From: Nitrosopumilaceae archaeon
Lineage (GTDB): Archaea; Thermoproteota; Nitrososphaeria; Nitrososphaerales; Nitrosopumilaceae
Direction of reading: 5' to 3'
DNA length: 64,000 nucleotides
Assembly: GCA_965203465.1 (NCBI GenBank)
Contig: CBDBCR010000003.1
Location: 384,001 to 448,000 of the forward strand
Part shown: one piece after another, positions 53,101-61,386 of the stretch
Numbering within the stretch: position 1 is the stretch's first letter
How the letters are laid out: each line of letters starts with the position of its first letter
Position numbers and translations under genes: made by a program
Notes under the pieces: model-generated
Told to the model about the DNA's origin: nothing
What the model saw: the letters and a program-made list of their open reading frames with translations, nothing else
Databases searched by the model: none

Positions 53101-56100
53101 AGACGGATGGTATTCGACGCGCACCGTCGTGTCCTTCGTCCTGTCCAATACCGAGACGTCGAACGCGGCGGTCGCGATCAGCGTGTTGAACGGGTGCGTG
53201 CCGCCTACAAGCGCGGTGCTGCCGGACTCCCGCTTGTCGGCCACCACCGCCCCGTCCTGTATGAGGAATACGTGCCCCGTCCAGGCGCTGGAGCCCGGAC
53301 GCGACTGGTACCCCTCGCCGCTCTCGCCGTCGTCGGCCGTCACCGCGAACCGGTCGTTGGCGCCCAGCGCCGCGGTGAAGGACTTGCGGGGCTCAAAGCT
53401 CGTCAGCGAGGTGCTGGTGCTGGTCCTGTACTCTACGCTGTACATGCCGGCGGCGTTGGAGGCGCCGCCCGGCTCTTCCCACGCGCCCGCGCGCGCCTCC
53501 ATCCTGTACCCCGAGACCAGCCTGATTATCCCGTCGAACTCGTTCTCTATATCGGTAAGGGACGATTGCCCGGTGGCGTTATTTTTTATGCCGATGGTGA
53601 CATCGTTGCCCGAAAAAGTCGGGGCCAGCGACAGGTCCACCGAGCCGCGCGTCTTTTGCGGGGTGCTGTTGGTCACGAATATCTTGGTGGGATCGAAACT
53701 GGCCTGGTCGACGGGCCCGTCGAACGACAGTACGAGCCGCGGGTTGTCGAACTGCATGTCCAGTACCGCCGAGGAAATGTCCGACGTCTGGCCGTCGGCC
53801 AAGTTGCGCGAAAGGGACGCGCTGGTGCCCAGCGCGTTGCCTGCCGCGTCCTGTATCTGCGTGGCGTCCAGCGTCACGGAGCCGGTCGCGTCCGAGCCGG
53901 CAGCCGCCCCGGAGAACGTCAGGGTGTGCGTGTCGGTGGTGCCGCCGGACAGCGTCGATATGGTGCGCGCGGTCCCTACCAAGGCGGACGCATAGTCGGA
54001 CTGGGCCGCCGTGACCGCCTCGCTGTACGTTATGGTTATCTCGTTGGGGCCCGTTATCCGGGCGGACGTTATCTCGGGCTTTATGCCGTCCGATACCGCG
54101 ATGTTCGAGCGCGCTGCCAGCGCGTTGTTCGAGGTGTCCGCGACCGCCCCGGAGCCCGAGCCGGCGTCGGATCCCACGTCCGTGCCAGATATTTCGTAGC
54201 GCAGCGCGATGTCCGGATTCGTGTCGGGCAGGTTCCCCGAGAGCGTCAATACCACCTCGGTCGCGCCCGACGAGATGTCCGAGTTTTGGGTCACATGCAG
54301 AGTTCCCGCGTCGGTCCCCGATACGGACCAGCCCTCGCCGCCCGTGTGTGTTGTCTTGGCCTTTTCGCTGAAAGTCACCGTTATCTTGTTCAGCGCCGTA
54401 GCCTCTGCGGACACGATCGTGGGGGCCACGCCGTCGGGCGTGAGGCCGATCACCGTGCCGTCCGTGTTTGCCGCGATGGCGTTGGGCGGCACGCCGCTGT
54501 TTGTCATAGTTATGGCGTCGTTTATGGCGCCGGCCGCGACGTACAGGTGCGGGGCGGTCATGGCGATGGCGCCCTGCCTGCTGTCCTCGGTCAGCTCGAA
54601 CTTGAACTCGGCGCCGTCCTGCTGCCCCGACTGGATCTCCGCGGTGGACAGTACTACCTCGCCTGCGAGGTTGTCCGTCGCGCTGGCGCCGTCGCGCAGC
54701 TCGAACTGCGCGCCGTTCGCGCTGGAGACGTCGACGGTCTCGTCGAACGTGATGGTCAATATTCCGGTGCCCTCGTCTAGCGCTACAGAAGAGACCTCCG
54801 GGGGCGAGGTGTCGAAGGTCTGGTCCATGTCGGTGCCGTCCGCGTCGGCATCGTTGGCGTTGGGCGCCCTGCCGCTGTTGGCCATCGTTATGGCGTCGTT
54901 TATGGCGCCGGCCACCGCGTACAGGTGCGGATCGGCCAAGGCGATGACGCCCTGGCGGCTGGTCTCGCTGAGCTTGAACTTTAGCTCCAGCCCGTCCGAC
55001 TGCCCCGGCTGGATCTCCGCGGTGGACAGTACTACCTCGCCGGCGAGGTTGTCCGTCGCGCTTGCGCCGTCGCGTATCTCGAACTTTGCTCCGTCCGCGC
55101 TGGAGACGTCGACGGTCTCGTCGAACGTGACGGTCAGTATTCCGGTATCCTCGTGCATGTCCGCAGACGAGACTGACGGGGCGTCGTCGTCGAAGGTCTG
55201 CGAGATGTCGGTGCCGGCGGCCTTTGCAGCTATGGAGTTGGCCGTCGGCGTGGCCGTGTCGGTTATGGCGCCGGCGGCGATGTACATGTGCGGATCGCTC
55301 AAAGATATGACGGCCTGTCGGCTCGTCTCGTTTAGAACGAACTTGAACGCGGTGCCGTCCGACTGGCCCGACTGGATCTCGGCCGTGGACAGGGTCACCT
55401 CGCCGGCGGAGCCGTCGGCCGCGCTGGCGCCCCCGCGTATCTCGAACTGCGTGCCGTCGCTGGCGCTCGACACGTCTACTGTCTCGCTGAACGTGAGCGT
55501 CAGTATCCCGGTGCCCTCGTCGAGCGCGGCCGACGAGAGTGTAGGCGCGGTGGTGTCGTTTGTGGTCGACACGGCCTTGGTCACGGCGTGGAGCGGGTTG
55601 CTACTCATATCCCGTATCGCATCGACTATGACAAACCTGACGTGCAGGTCGGCGTACCCGGCCGCGGCCGTCCGCTGCCCCGAGGTCAGCGTTACCGTTA
55701 TGGACACGCCGTCGACAGACTGGACGGTCGCCCCGCTCAGCGCGGTGCCGCCCGAGGCGGCGGCGCCGTCTTGCAGGCGCACGTGCTGAAGGCGGAGGCT
55801 CGAAGCGTCCATAGCCTCGTTGAACGTGAGTGTCAGGACGCCGGTTGCGTCGTCGAGCGAGGCCGAGACGAGCGTGGGCGGCGTCCCGTCAAGGGTTCGC
55901 GTGTCCACCGTCCGGGTATCGGCGGGGTTGTTACCGCCCAGGCCGCTGACCGCCCCGGACGGCAGGCGCACGACGTTCAGCGCGGTCGCCTGAGCCAGCC
56001 CCTTTTGGCGCTGCGCATCCGTCAGGGTGAAGATCAGATTTTTGCCGGAGACGGTGGCGTCTGCCACCGAAAGCCGCACGTGCGTGGCCGCGTTGTACGT

Positions 56101-58053
56101 GGCCCCGACGCTGTCGAGCATGTCGATGCTGCCGGCGCCCCGCGTCACGTCGTAGGAGAACGTTATCGTCACGACGCCCGGATTGGGGTTGAAGTTGAAA
56201 TGCGTGTGGGTTACGCGCGGGGGCTCGATGGTCAGGGGCACTGACTGCGCCGCGTTCGAGAGGCCCGAGACGGTGGCCGCGTTGGCCTCGGCGTACATCG
56301 TCGGCGTGTTCATGGCCGCCACCCGCGCGTACTCGGCGGCCGTCAGCTTTGCAGAGTGTGTGACCGCCGTGCCGGACAGCGTCAGATGTACGTCGGTGCC
56401 CGGCGTGAACGCGTCGTCCCCGGCGGGCCCCACGTACACCCTGCCCGGGATAGGCGGCGCGGCGACCCGCTCGCTGAACGTGGCCGACAGCGTCAGGCTC
56501 GACGGCGCCAAGTGGGCGGAGGCAAGCCGCGGCGAGAGGACCACGTCCTGCCCCGAGGTCAGCGCGTCGTTGCCTGTGCCGCCCGAATCGACTGCCGCCG
56601 AGGCGCCCAGGTACACGTACGGGCTGGACATGGCGTTGATCTTGGTCAGGGCGCTCGAAGCCCACGTGAACGTGAGCGCGGAGCCGGATGCTGAGACCGC
56701 GCTGTGGCTTGCGGCCACCCGCACGTCCGTCGCGGCGTCGTGCGCGGCGCCGGGGCCGTCGCGTATGTCGATGTTGCCGGTCCCCTTCGTGACGGACTTG
56801 TCGAACGTGAGCACGGCCGCCCCCGAGGCCCGGTCTATCGTGGCGGCCGACAGGCGCGGGGGCGGCTCGCCGACCGTCAGCGACACGACCGCCTTGCCGT
56901 TGGCCGCGCCCTCCGAGTCTTTGACGGCCCCGGCCTCGAGGTGCAGGTGCGGCGTCTGCATGGCCTGCACCTTTGCCACCCCGCCCGACGTGAGCGTCGA
57001 GGTGCCGACCGTGCCGGATATGGCCAGGACGCCGGCCACGTCGGTGGCCAGGTCGTAGTCGCCCGAGGCGCTTCCGCGTATGTAGAACGCGCCGTTCTCC
57101 CTCGTGACCGCCTCGTCGAACGTGACCGACAGGGCGCGCGTGGAGGGTAAAAGATCCGCCACGGTGGGCCGCGGCAGGAAGTTTATCGCCTTTTGCATGA
57201 CGGCGTTGTCCTGTTGCACAGTAGAGCTGAAATTGTTGTTCACGCCAGAAAACGCCTTGGCGTCGACGTGCAGGTGCGGGTGCGCGTACGCGACGACCGT
57301 GTTGACCTGGGTCGAGGTGAGAACGAACCGTATCTCGTGCGGAGGCCAGCGGTGCACGCTGGGGGTGTTGTCGTCCTTGTTCATGGTGATGCCCCCGGTC
57401 GAGGCCGTCGAGCCGTCGCGTATGTGGAATTTTGTGGAGTTGTCTCCGTGCGTGTTGTATAGGTTGTCAGGAAAACTGGCGCCGTTGAGGTAATTCCCAT
57501 AAGTCAGGGCCTCGTCCGCGACTATGGACAGCACCCCGCTTGCCCTGTCCAGCGTGAGGGTGACGATCTCCGGCTTGGCGTCGTCGTGTGATACCGGCAC
57601 ACGCGGCCCGTGCCGCCCGTCCTGGCCGGGCACTCCGTACTGCGGGAGGGCCGTCTGGGTGTCTGCTGACCGCAGCGCCGAGCCGTCTATGTAAAGGGAC
57701 ATAGCACCTGCGGTAATCCTGCGTATGATTTCTCCGGCATACGGCAGATAGTACACCTTTACCGTGTTCCCTTCGAATTCCATGGAAGAGCCGGTCGCGC
57801 TGCGGATTTCGCTGGAGGAAGAGTAGCCCCTCTTGAGCACTATCTTGCCCAGCGCGTCCTCTTCGCTGGTCTGCCATTCCATCGGGGTGTTGAGGGTTAT
57901 GGTCAGGACGCCGGCCCACGTGCCGTCGTTGTTGGTGTCCAAGGCCACGCTGGACACCGAAGGCGTCGTGGCGTGCGCCTCCGATACGGCGCCGGCCGCC
58001 GCCAAGCAGAGGACCGCCGCCGCAAGCGATCCCGCGCACAGCCTGCTTTGCAT
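47104..58053 (-). CDS. Giant secreted surface protein (3649 aa), paralog of the 6134-aa protein
   Basis: Signal peptide (..SEAHA|TTP); Ig-like modules shared with the 6134-aa gene; same C-terminal ECDDCTPPTLG domain. Confidence 0.92.
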   Translation of the reverse strand: MQSRLCAGSLAAAVLCLAAAGAVSEAHATTPSVSSVALDTNNDGTWAGVLTITLNTPMEWQTSEEDALGKIVLKRGYSSSSEIRSATGSSMEFEGNTVKVYYLPYAGEIIRRITAGAMSLYIDGSALRSADTQTALPQYGVPGQDGRHGPRVPVSHDDAKPEIVTLTLDRASGVLSIVADEALTYGNYLNGASFPDNLYNTHGDNSTKFHIRDGSTASTGGITMNKDDNTPSVHRWPPHEIRFVLTSTQVNTVVAYAHPHLHVDAKAFSGVNNNFSSTVQQDNAVMQKAINFLPRPTVADLLPSTRALSVTFDEAVTRENGAFYIRGSASGDYDLATDVAGVLAISGTVGTSTLTSGGVAKVQAMQTPHLHLEAGAVKDSEGAANGKAVVSLTVGEPPPRLSAATIDRASGAAVLTFDKSVTKGTGNIDIRDGPGAAHDAATDVRVAASHSAVSASGSALTFTWASSALTKINAMSSPYVYLGASAAVDSGGTGNDALTSGQDVVLSPRLASAHLAPSSLTLSATFSERVAAPPIPGRVYVGPAGDDAFTPGTDVHLTLSGTAVTHSAKLTAAEYARVAAMNTPTMYAEANAATVSGLSNAAQSVPLTIEPPRVTHTHFNFNPNPGVVTITFSYDVTRGAGSIDMLDSVGATYNAATHVRLSVADATVSGKNLIFTLTDAQRQKGLAQATALNVVRLPSGAVSGLGGNNPADTRTVDTRTLDGTPPTLVSASLDDATGVLTLTFNEAMDASSLRLQHVRLQDGAAASGGTALSGATVQSVDGVSITVTLTSGQRTAAAGYADLHVRFVIVDAIRDMSSNPLHAVTKAVSTTNDTTAPTLSSAALDEGTGILTLTFSETVDVSSASDGTQFEIRGGASAADGSAGEVTLSTAEIQSGQSDGTAFKFVLNETSRQAVISLSDPHMYIAAGAITDTATPTANSIAAKAAGTDISQTFDDDAPSVSSADMHEDTGILTVTFDETVDVSSADGAKFEIRDGASATDNLAGEVVLSTAEIQPGQSDGLELKFKLSETSRQGVIALADPHLYAVAGAINDAITMANSGRAPNANDADADGTDMDQTFDTSPPEVSSVALDEGTGILTITFDETVDVSSANGAQFELRDGASATDNLAGEVVLSTAEIQSGQQDGAEFKFELTEDSRQGAIAMTAPHLYVAAGAINDAITMTNSGVPPNAIAANTDGTVIGLTPDGVAPTIVSAEATALNKITVTFSEKAKTTHTGGEGWSVSGTDAGTLHVTQNSDISSGATEVVLTLSGNLPDTNPDIALRYEISGTDVGSDAGSGSGAVADTSNNALAARSNIAVSDGIKPEITSARITGPNEITITYSEAVTAAQSDYASALVGTARTISTLSGGTTDTHTLTFSGAAAGSDATGSVTLDATQIQDAAGNALGTSASLSRNLADGQTSDISSAVLDMQFDNPRLVLSFDGPVDQASFDPTKIFVTNSTPQKTRGSVDLSLAPTFSGNDVTIGIKNNATGQSSLTDIENEFDGIIRLVSGYRMEARAGAWEEPGGASNAAGMYSVEYRTSTSTSLTSFEPRKSFTAALGANDRFAVTADDGESGEGYQSRPGSSAWTGHVFLIQDGAVVADKRESGSTALVGGTHPFNTLIATAAFDVSVLDRTKDTTVRVEYHPSSWSCTAGVTCGHVGSGAGYVYEKTVGYQEISIPQLQSARIGDGMLVLGFDVDMDVELSDLTKASVREKGTTSPVVELANSTLTAGASDSTILVDLGTNLDGVQSMTQPELVLQSAAFSAGPSRETEAATMDVAKDATAPSVSSATVASRNTIEVQFSERVGLANTGTAPFGWTISGADAESRQVSSISGITTGSVAYSATLTLDGDIADSTKPRINVAYSGGNIEDMAGNALAARPATAAGDGIAPTFTAKATAPDEITVTFSEDLSVSDETGQGWSISGTDAPSHTVDSSTPVSEGSSVVLTLSSDLADTRPDGVVLRYETSGTDVPGDAGSGSGTIQDPSSNAMEPATATVSDGVAPTVSSSKYVSRTSVEVTFSEPVRLASGSVPSGWHVSGTDRGDATGASAAAGFPTSDSAPTATLTLDNNLADKTNLDFTLSYASSGNLEDVGGNALASYSASPSDGIAPTIVSAESRALNEITVTFSEAVSATSTGASATWQLSGSGLPAGVTVSGNPAISSSSTVLTLSGNLSTPIGVVELAYVASAGDIRDGSSNALAAQSVSVSQNLPPTISSAKITGPNRATITYSEPVTASAGAYSGLTVGTARSITSYTQTSAAAHVLVFGGPAAGTGAAGTLTIDQSKISDGVLNLGTSSVQRNLTDGQAPTFSAGVTDSRTVLVAFSEQVSSSDNDKSHWTLSGADAQAVSSVSALSNSGTMTIAVGADFAANVADLKISYSAAGTVSDSAGNVLASVSNAAVSDEQRPSIDSAVAGTDNSITVTLTRNSAGSATDAGTTWTLSGTDATGLSVSGYPGISSDTVILALSGNLPDTAPDLSISYNASVGDIADSAGKQMTDQTVPVSDGLKPRIDGAALNEGTGVLTVTFTERVTVTSGLHLRESGSAGGIPLPSASGTVLSFTLSEAQRQQAVAFETPSLRMDAGAAADGAGLSSEAADVRVSATADAVPPVAGSAFLDLGTGILVISFDENLGPAADPSPLSISGSLAGAQVSVSGSTATVTLTEQQRQAAIGQPSPSLVLGAGAFRDVSGTGSAPATLPLRTVPDDDRPGLVTAALNTDTSVLVLEFDETMDASAFSAQLPHVRVTGGAQEIPVSGTVSLDGVKVRVQVDRSTLNAVLDSISASLRLETRGAQFEDTSGNAAPQADVELAIGDDSPPRLVSASVISPDTVLAIFHEDLDGSTVAPSDFDVGGLVPVSASEERGTVTLKLDAEYDERSAPTVSLAGPVSDLFGNTQNSGSVQSVNNIVRVAISQFTVSASGGLAVAGEQISISFRATEQVQNPALSINGDSVPVMPAENGFTASYAVPPGSPQGPLSVSLTVESRTGTPASFTERDLTGPNVSVDTVPPEILSASASGTDSATIRYSEPVLAGASGASVEVSSVTYAASVSGSGSETILVYWDGAGEVPPSAILRGLAVRDIAGNPGPSGPVSAGASSDAASPGPTGVLPIAKGTTLRTVTVPAGIEPALDLSSASATDPRVLSAGGRTAELENPLSVITREPGLPDLFFQAGTEVGGLAGLTVADVSLEAAVLVSPSDYEVPSGSPALDAYPELRNPATAVLVGSPVSDIAFSKPVRIEFDVPLSGLVFTVNAAGDVLPIPACAEGYGGAVPLLQEAPDLWPPETYDPLACVSEDSVWTLHFSVFGVAYRVSGGSECDDCTPPTLGYDAYGARLVDGGFAYNGLASDVEYFFTPYPLIESEVGKQNTVSLKIYENEGPQNVQRVSIAFGLRSGEVISESKAVINYDILHDGTGALSVIDPENAIGDSPSASHEVVECAAGSALECLSVTVNHSFRAPLEFDIVGTDVWDSQRNSWQNYFNHGLRITGESMNPVPGVAVNGGSLVLHPIAEGSNNVEVMAGEDGALYRLSPGGLYEPLRNISSLFHSIDESMYTYRGTPMQGYDRSDPEFAGMLEEQIELAKAVLERMNLGRQGWHEGFEESEQSVHAAIDRMERLQESLQSERERAERIFLDRYGQMDRPE

Positions 58054-58057
58054 CTCG

Positions 58058-58069
58058 CCCCCCCCCCCC
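58058..58069 (-). repeat. G12 homopolymer between the TATA box and the start codon
   Basis: C12 on the + strand, ending 4 nt upstream of ATG 58053. Confidence 0.9.
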
Positions 58070-58074
58070 GGCTC

Positions 58075-58080
58075 TTATAA
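58075..58080 (-). promoter_or_regulatory. Putative TATA box (TTATAA) of the 3649-aa gene
   Basis: 21 nt upstream of the ATG, consistent with an archaeal leaderless promoter. Confidence 0.55.
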
Positions 58081-58205
58081 CCATAACCGTCGCGGGTTAA
58101 ATATCCGCTAGGCCGCGCCGGGCCGCAAGTACGCGCGGGGCCGCAGATTCCCGTCAACGCCGCCCGCGTGAAGAGATCGGCGCCCGCGCCGGGCCGGGGC
58201 GCGCA

Positions 58206-59093
58206 TCACCTGCGCCCGAGCATCGCAAGCAGCAGCGCCTTTTGCGCGTGCAGCCGGTACTCGGCCTCGTCCCAGACCGCCGAGCGAGGGCCGTCTATGA
58301 CCGAGGCGTCCACCTCTACCCCGCGCTTCGCCGGCAGGCAGTGCAGGAACACCGAGTCGCCGGCCGACGCATTCATGAGGGCCTCGGTGACGCGGTACTT
58401 TGGGGACAGTTTCTTGATCCTGCCCGTCCCGCCGTGCATGGAACTGAACGTGTCGGTGGCCACCACGTCGGCCCCCGCCGCCGCCTCGGCCGGATCGCGC
58501 AACAGTTCCACGGCGCCGCCGGCCGCCTCGACCACCCCGCCGTCCGGCTCGAGGCCCGCCGGCGTGGCCACCCGCATCCGGGATCCGGCCAGCGCGCACG
58601 CCTCTATGAGTGAGTTGCACACGTTGGAGCCGTCCCCTATCCAGGCGATCTCGAGCTTGTCCGTCCTGCCCTTGCGGTCCAGCATGGTGGCAAAGTCGGC
58701 CAGCGCCTGGCACGGGTGGTGCGTGTTGGACAGGCCGTTGATGACCGGCACCGAAGAGTGGCGGGCCAGCTCCTCGACCTCCGAGTGCGCATAGACGCGC
58801 GCCATGATGCAGTCTACGTACCGCGAGAGCGTCCGGGCGGTGTCGGCCGCCGACTCTCCGCGCGATGTCTGCATGGATTGCTGATCCAGGTTGAGCGCGT
58901 GCCCTCCGAGCTGCGCCATGCCGGCCTCGAAGCTTGCCCGCGTGCGCGTGGACGGCTTGCAGAAGATCATCGCCATCGTCTTTCCCTTCAGCGGCTGCCC
59001 GCGCGCGCCGCGCTTTTTAATCGAGACGGCCCGCCTCACCAGGTAGGAGAACTCTTTCCTGCCCAGATCCGAGACAGCCAGAAAGTCCTTCAT
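58206..59093 (-). CDS. argF: Ornithine carbamoyltransferase
   Basis: STRTR, HPCQALAD and FLHCLP motifs; ATGA overlap with ftsY. Confidence 0.96.
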   Translation of the reverse strand: MKDFLAVSDLGRKEFSYLVRRAVSIKKRGARGQPLKGKTMAMIFCKPSTRTRASFEAGMAQLGGHALNLDQQSMQTSRGESAADTARTLSRYVDCIMARVYAHSEVEELARHSSVPVINGLSNTHHPCQALADFATMLDRKGRTDKLEIAWIGDGSNVCNSLIEACALAGSRMRVATPAGLEPDGGVVEAAGGAVELLRDPAEAAAGADVVATDTFSSMHGGTGRIKKLSPKYRVTEALMNASAGDSVFLHCLPAKRGVEVDASVIDGPRSAVWDEAEYRLHAQKALLLAMLGRR

Positions 59094-60373
59094 TTGAAGA
59101 ACCTCGAAAACCCGCGCTTTTTCTTTGAACCGGGCCGCCCCTGCGCTATCCACTCCCTGATGCGCTCGGCCGCCGCGGCCGCCTCGGAGTCGGACTCGGG
59201 AGGCGGCATGTCGTGCAGCTTTGCGTATTCGGAAATGTCCGCGTCCTCGATGCCGGCGAACGGATCGGATTCTGCCTGCTCTGCCCGCGGTTCCGGCGCA
59301 GGTTTCGGTTCGGGTTCGGGCGCCTCTGCGGGTTCCGCACGCGGTTCCGCGGGCCCGGGCTCTGCCGGTTCCGGCGGCGCTGGTTCCGGCGCAGGTTTCG
59401 GTTCGGGTTCGGGTGCCTCTGCGGGTTCCGCACGCGGTTCCGCGGGCCCGGGCGCCGGATCGATCGCCGGGGAGGCCTGCGATCCGAAGACGGCCTCCAT
59501 GAACAGGTCCTTGTCGAACGGCCTCAGGTCGCCGTACTCCTGCCCCGTGCCGACGAATATGACCGGCCTGCCGGTAGCGTGCGCTATCGAGAGCGCCGCG
59601 CCGCCGCGCGCGTCCGCGTCGGCCTTTGTGAGCATGGCCGCGTCGAACTCGGTGTGCCTGTAGAACTCGCCCGCCTGGCTGAGCGTGTCGTTGCCGGCCA
59701 GCGAGTCGCCGACGAATATCTTGAGGTCCGGCTTGACCACGCGCGTTATCTTGGATATCTGCTCCATGAGGTTGGAGCTTGTCTGCATGCGGCCGGCCGT
59801 GTCCACCAGGACGCAGTCGGTGCCGTGCGACTTCGCGTACAGGACCGCGTCGCGCGCCACCGCGGCCGGATCCGATCCGTAGTTCTGCGCCACTATCTTG
59901 ACGTTGAGCCTCTTTGCGTGCTCTTTGAGCTGCTCGATGGCCCCCGCGCGGAACGTGTCGGCGGCGGCTATGACCACCGAGTGCCCCGAGGCGCGCAGCA
60001 TGTGGGCCACTTTGGCCAGCGTGGTGGTCTTGCCCGTGCCGTTTATGCCGACGAACACGACCACGCACGGCCCCTCCGAGCCGGACACCCGGGACAGCAG
60101 GTCCACGCTCCCGGCGCCGTCGAGCACCGACGAGACGGCCCCGACCAGCGCGGCGCGTATGGCCTCCTGCGCCGACTTTTTCTCCACCACGGCGCCCACC
60201 AAGCTTTCGCGCGCGCGCCCGCGTATGGCAGAGGCCACCTCCACCGAGACGTCCGACTGCAAAAGCGCCATCTCCAGCTCCTCGAGCGCCCCGTCCACCT
60301 CGCCGGCCCCCAGCGCCCGCTCGCCGAGGCGCTTCGAGGCGGCAGAGAACGCCCCCTTTAGCCGCTCAAACAT
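59090..60373 (-). CDS. ftsY: SRP receptor FtsY with C-terminal Pro/Glu-rich extension
   Basis: GINGTGKTTT, DTFRAGA, DTAGR, TKAD, GGAALS and GTGQ motifs. Confidence 0.95.
   Translation of the reverse strand: MFERLKGAFSAASKRLGERALGAGEVDGALEELEMALLQSDVSVEVASAIRGRARESLVGAVVEKKSAQEAIRAALVGAVSSVLDGAGSVDLLSRVSGSEGPCVVVFVGINGTGKTTTLAKVAHMLRASGHSVVIAAADTFRAGAIEQLKEHAKRLNVKIVAQNYGSDPAAVARDAVLYAKSHGTDCVLVDTAGRMQTSSNLMEQISKITRVVKPDLKIFVGDSLAGNDTLSQAGEFYRHTEFDAAMLTKADADARGGAALSIAHATGRPVIFVGTGQEYGDLRPFDKDLFMEAVFGSQASPAIDPAPGPAEPRAEPAEAPEPEPKPAPEPAPPEPAEPGPAEPRAEPAEAPEPEPKPAPEPRAEQAESDPFAGIEDADISEYAKLHDMPPPESDSEAAAAAERIREWIAQGRPGSKKKRGFSRFFK
59289..59453. repeat. Two 72-bp direct repeats (period 93) in the ftsY linker
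   Basis: 59289-59360 vs 59382-59453, one mismatch; encodes PGPAEPRAEPAEAPEPEPKPAPEP twice. Confidence 0.85.
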
Positions 60374-60779
60374 TCCCGCCCGCCTGCATCTTGCTTGCAA
60401 GCGCGTCTAGCTCGGCGCGCGCCCTCTCCAGGCGCTGCCGCGTCTCCCCCAGCCTGGCCGACGCCTGGGCGGCGGCGGCCTCCAGTTCCTTGGAGCGCGC
60501 CTCCAGGTACAGCATCGCCTGGTCGCGGCCCTTTTCGACCGCCACGCCCGAGCCCACAGAGACCACCACGGCGCTGTCCGGCTCCACCCGGGCCCGGACG
60601 AAGACGCCGGCGCCGACCGGCATGAGAGCCTCGCCCGAGGCCGCCCGCACGGCCTCGATGGCCGCGTGCGTGTTGCGCATGGCCCCGTCGATGGCGGCCA
60701 AGTGCTGCGACAGGGCCTGCTCGGCGCCGGCCAGCTGCTCGGCCTCTGCCACCAAGCGCATGCCTTGCTCCTGGCTCAT
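60366..60779 (-). CDS. pfdA: Prefoldin subunit alpha
   Basis: Coiled coils flanking LMPVGAGVFVRA...VVVSVGSGVAVEK; directly upstream of ftsY. Confidence 0.9.
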   Translation of the reverse strand: MSQEQGMRLVAEAEQLAGAEQALSQHLAAIDGAMRNTHAAIEAVRAASGEALMPVGAGVFVRARVEPDSAVVVSVGSGVAVEKGRDQAMLYLEARSKELEAAAAQASARLGETRQRLERARAELDALASKMQAGGNV

Positions 60780-60826
60780 GGCCCGCCGGCCCCGCGCGGC
60801 GGTTATAAACCGTGTTTCGGCGTCGG

Positions 60827-61318
60827 CAGTTAACCCAAAAGTTCCGCCGACGGGCGGACGGTTTCCGATCGCGAATCGGCCAAAACTGGGCAAAACGGCG
60901 GCAGCATCCAAAAGACTGGCGCGTCCAGCTCTGTCCTGCGCGCGGCCCGAGCCGGCCGGCGCCGGCGCCTGCGCCCGGATCCGGGAGGCGGCGCGGACCG
61001 GGCCACGGGGGGGCGCAGCGTCCCCGCCCGCCCCGGGCCGTCTTGTCGGATCAGCCGGGCGGCCCGGGTCCGGACTGCAGTACGAACAGCATCGCCGGCT
61101 CCGGTCCCTGCACGGAGCAACCCCAGGCGGCCCACGGCCTCGGTGAACCCGTCCATCATCCGTTCATGTGTGGGACGATCGTCCCTGCGAGCTCGTCCCG
61201 GGCGGTTCCTTTCCATTCCTGTTGAGGCGTCGTCCAGGGACGGCCGTTTTTGGATCTTTCGGTGGGCCCTGCCGGCGATCGCTTTTCCGGCCTTGGCAAG
61301 GTGCTTTTGGGTTAACTG
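60827..61318. mobile_element. Non-autonomous IS derivative (MITE), 492 bp
   Basis: Perfect 15-bp terminal inverted repeats CAGTTAACCCAAAAG (60827-60841) / CTTTTGGGTTAACTG (61304-61318); no intact transposase inside. Confidence 0.75.
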
Positions 61319-61386
61319 GGCGGCTGCCGCTCCCCGCGCGCGGGCCCCTGCGCGGGCGCGGAACTTGCAAAAAAGAAAAGGCCGGC

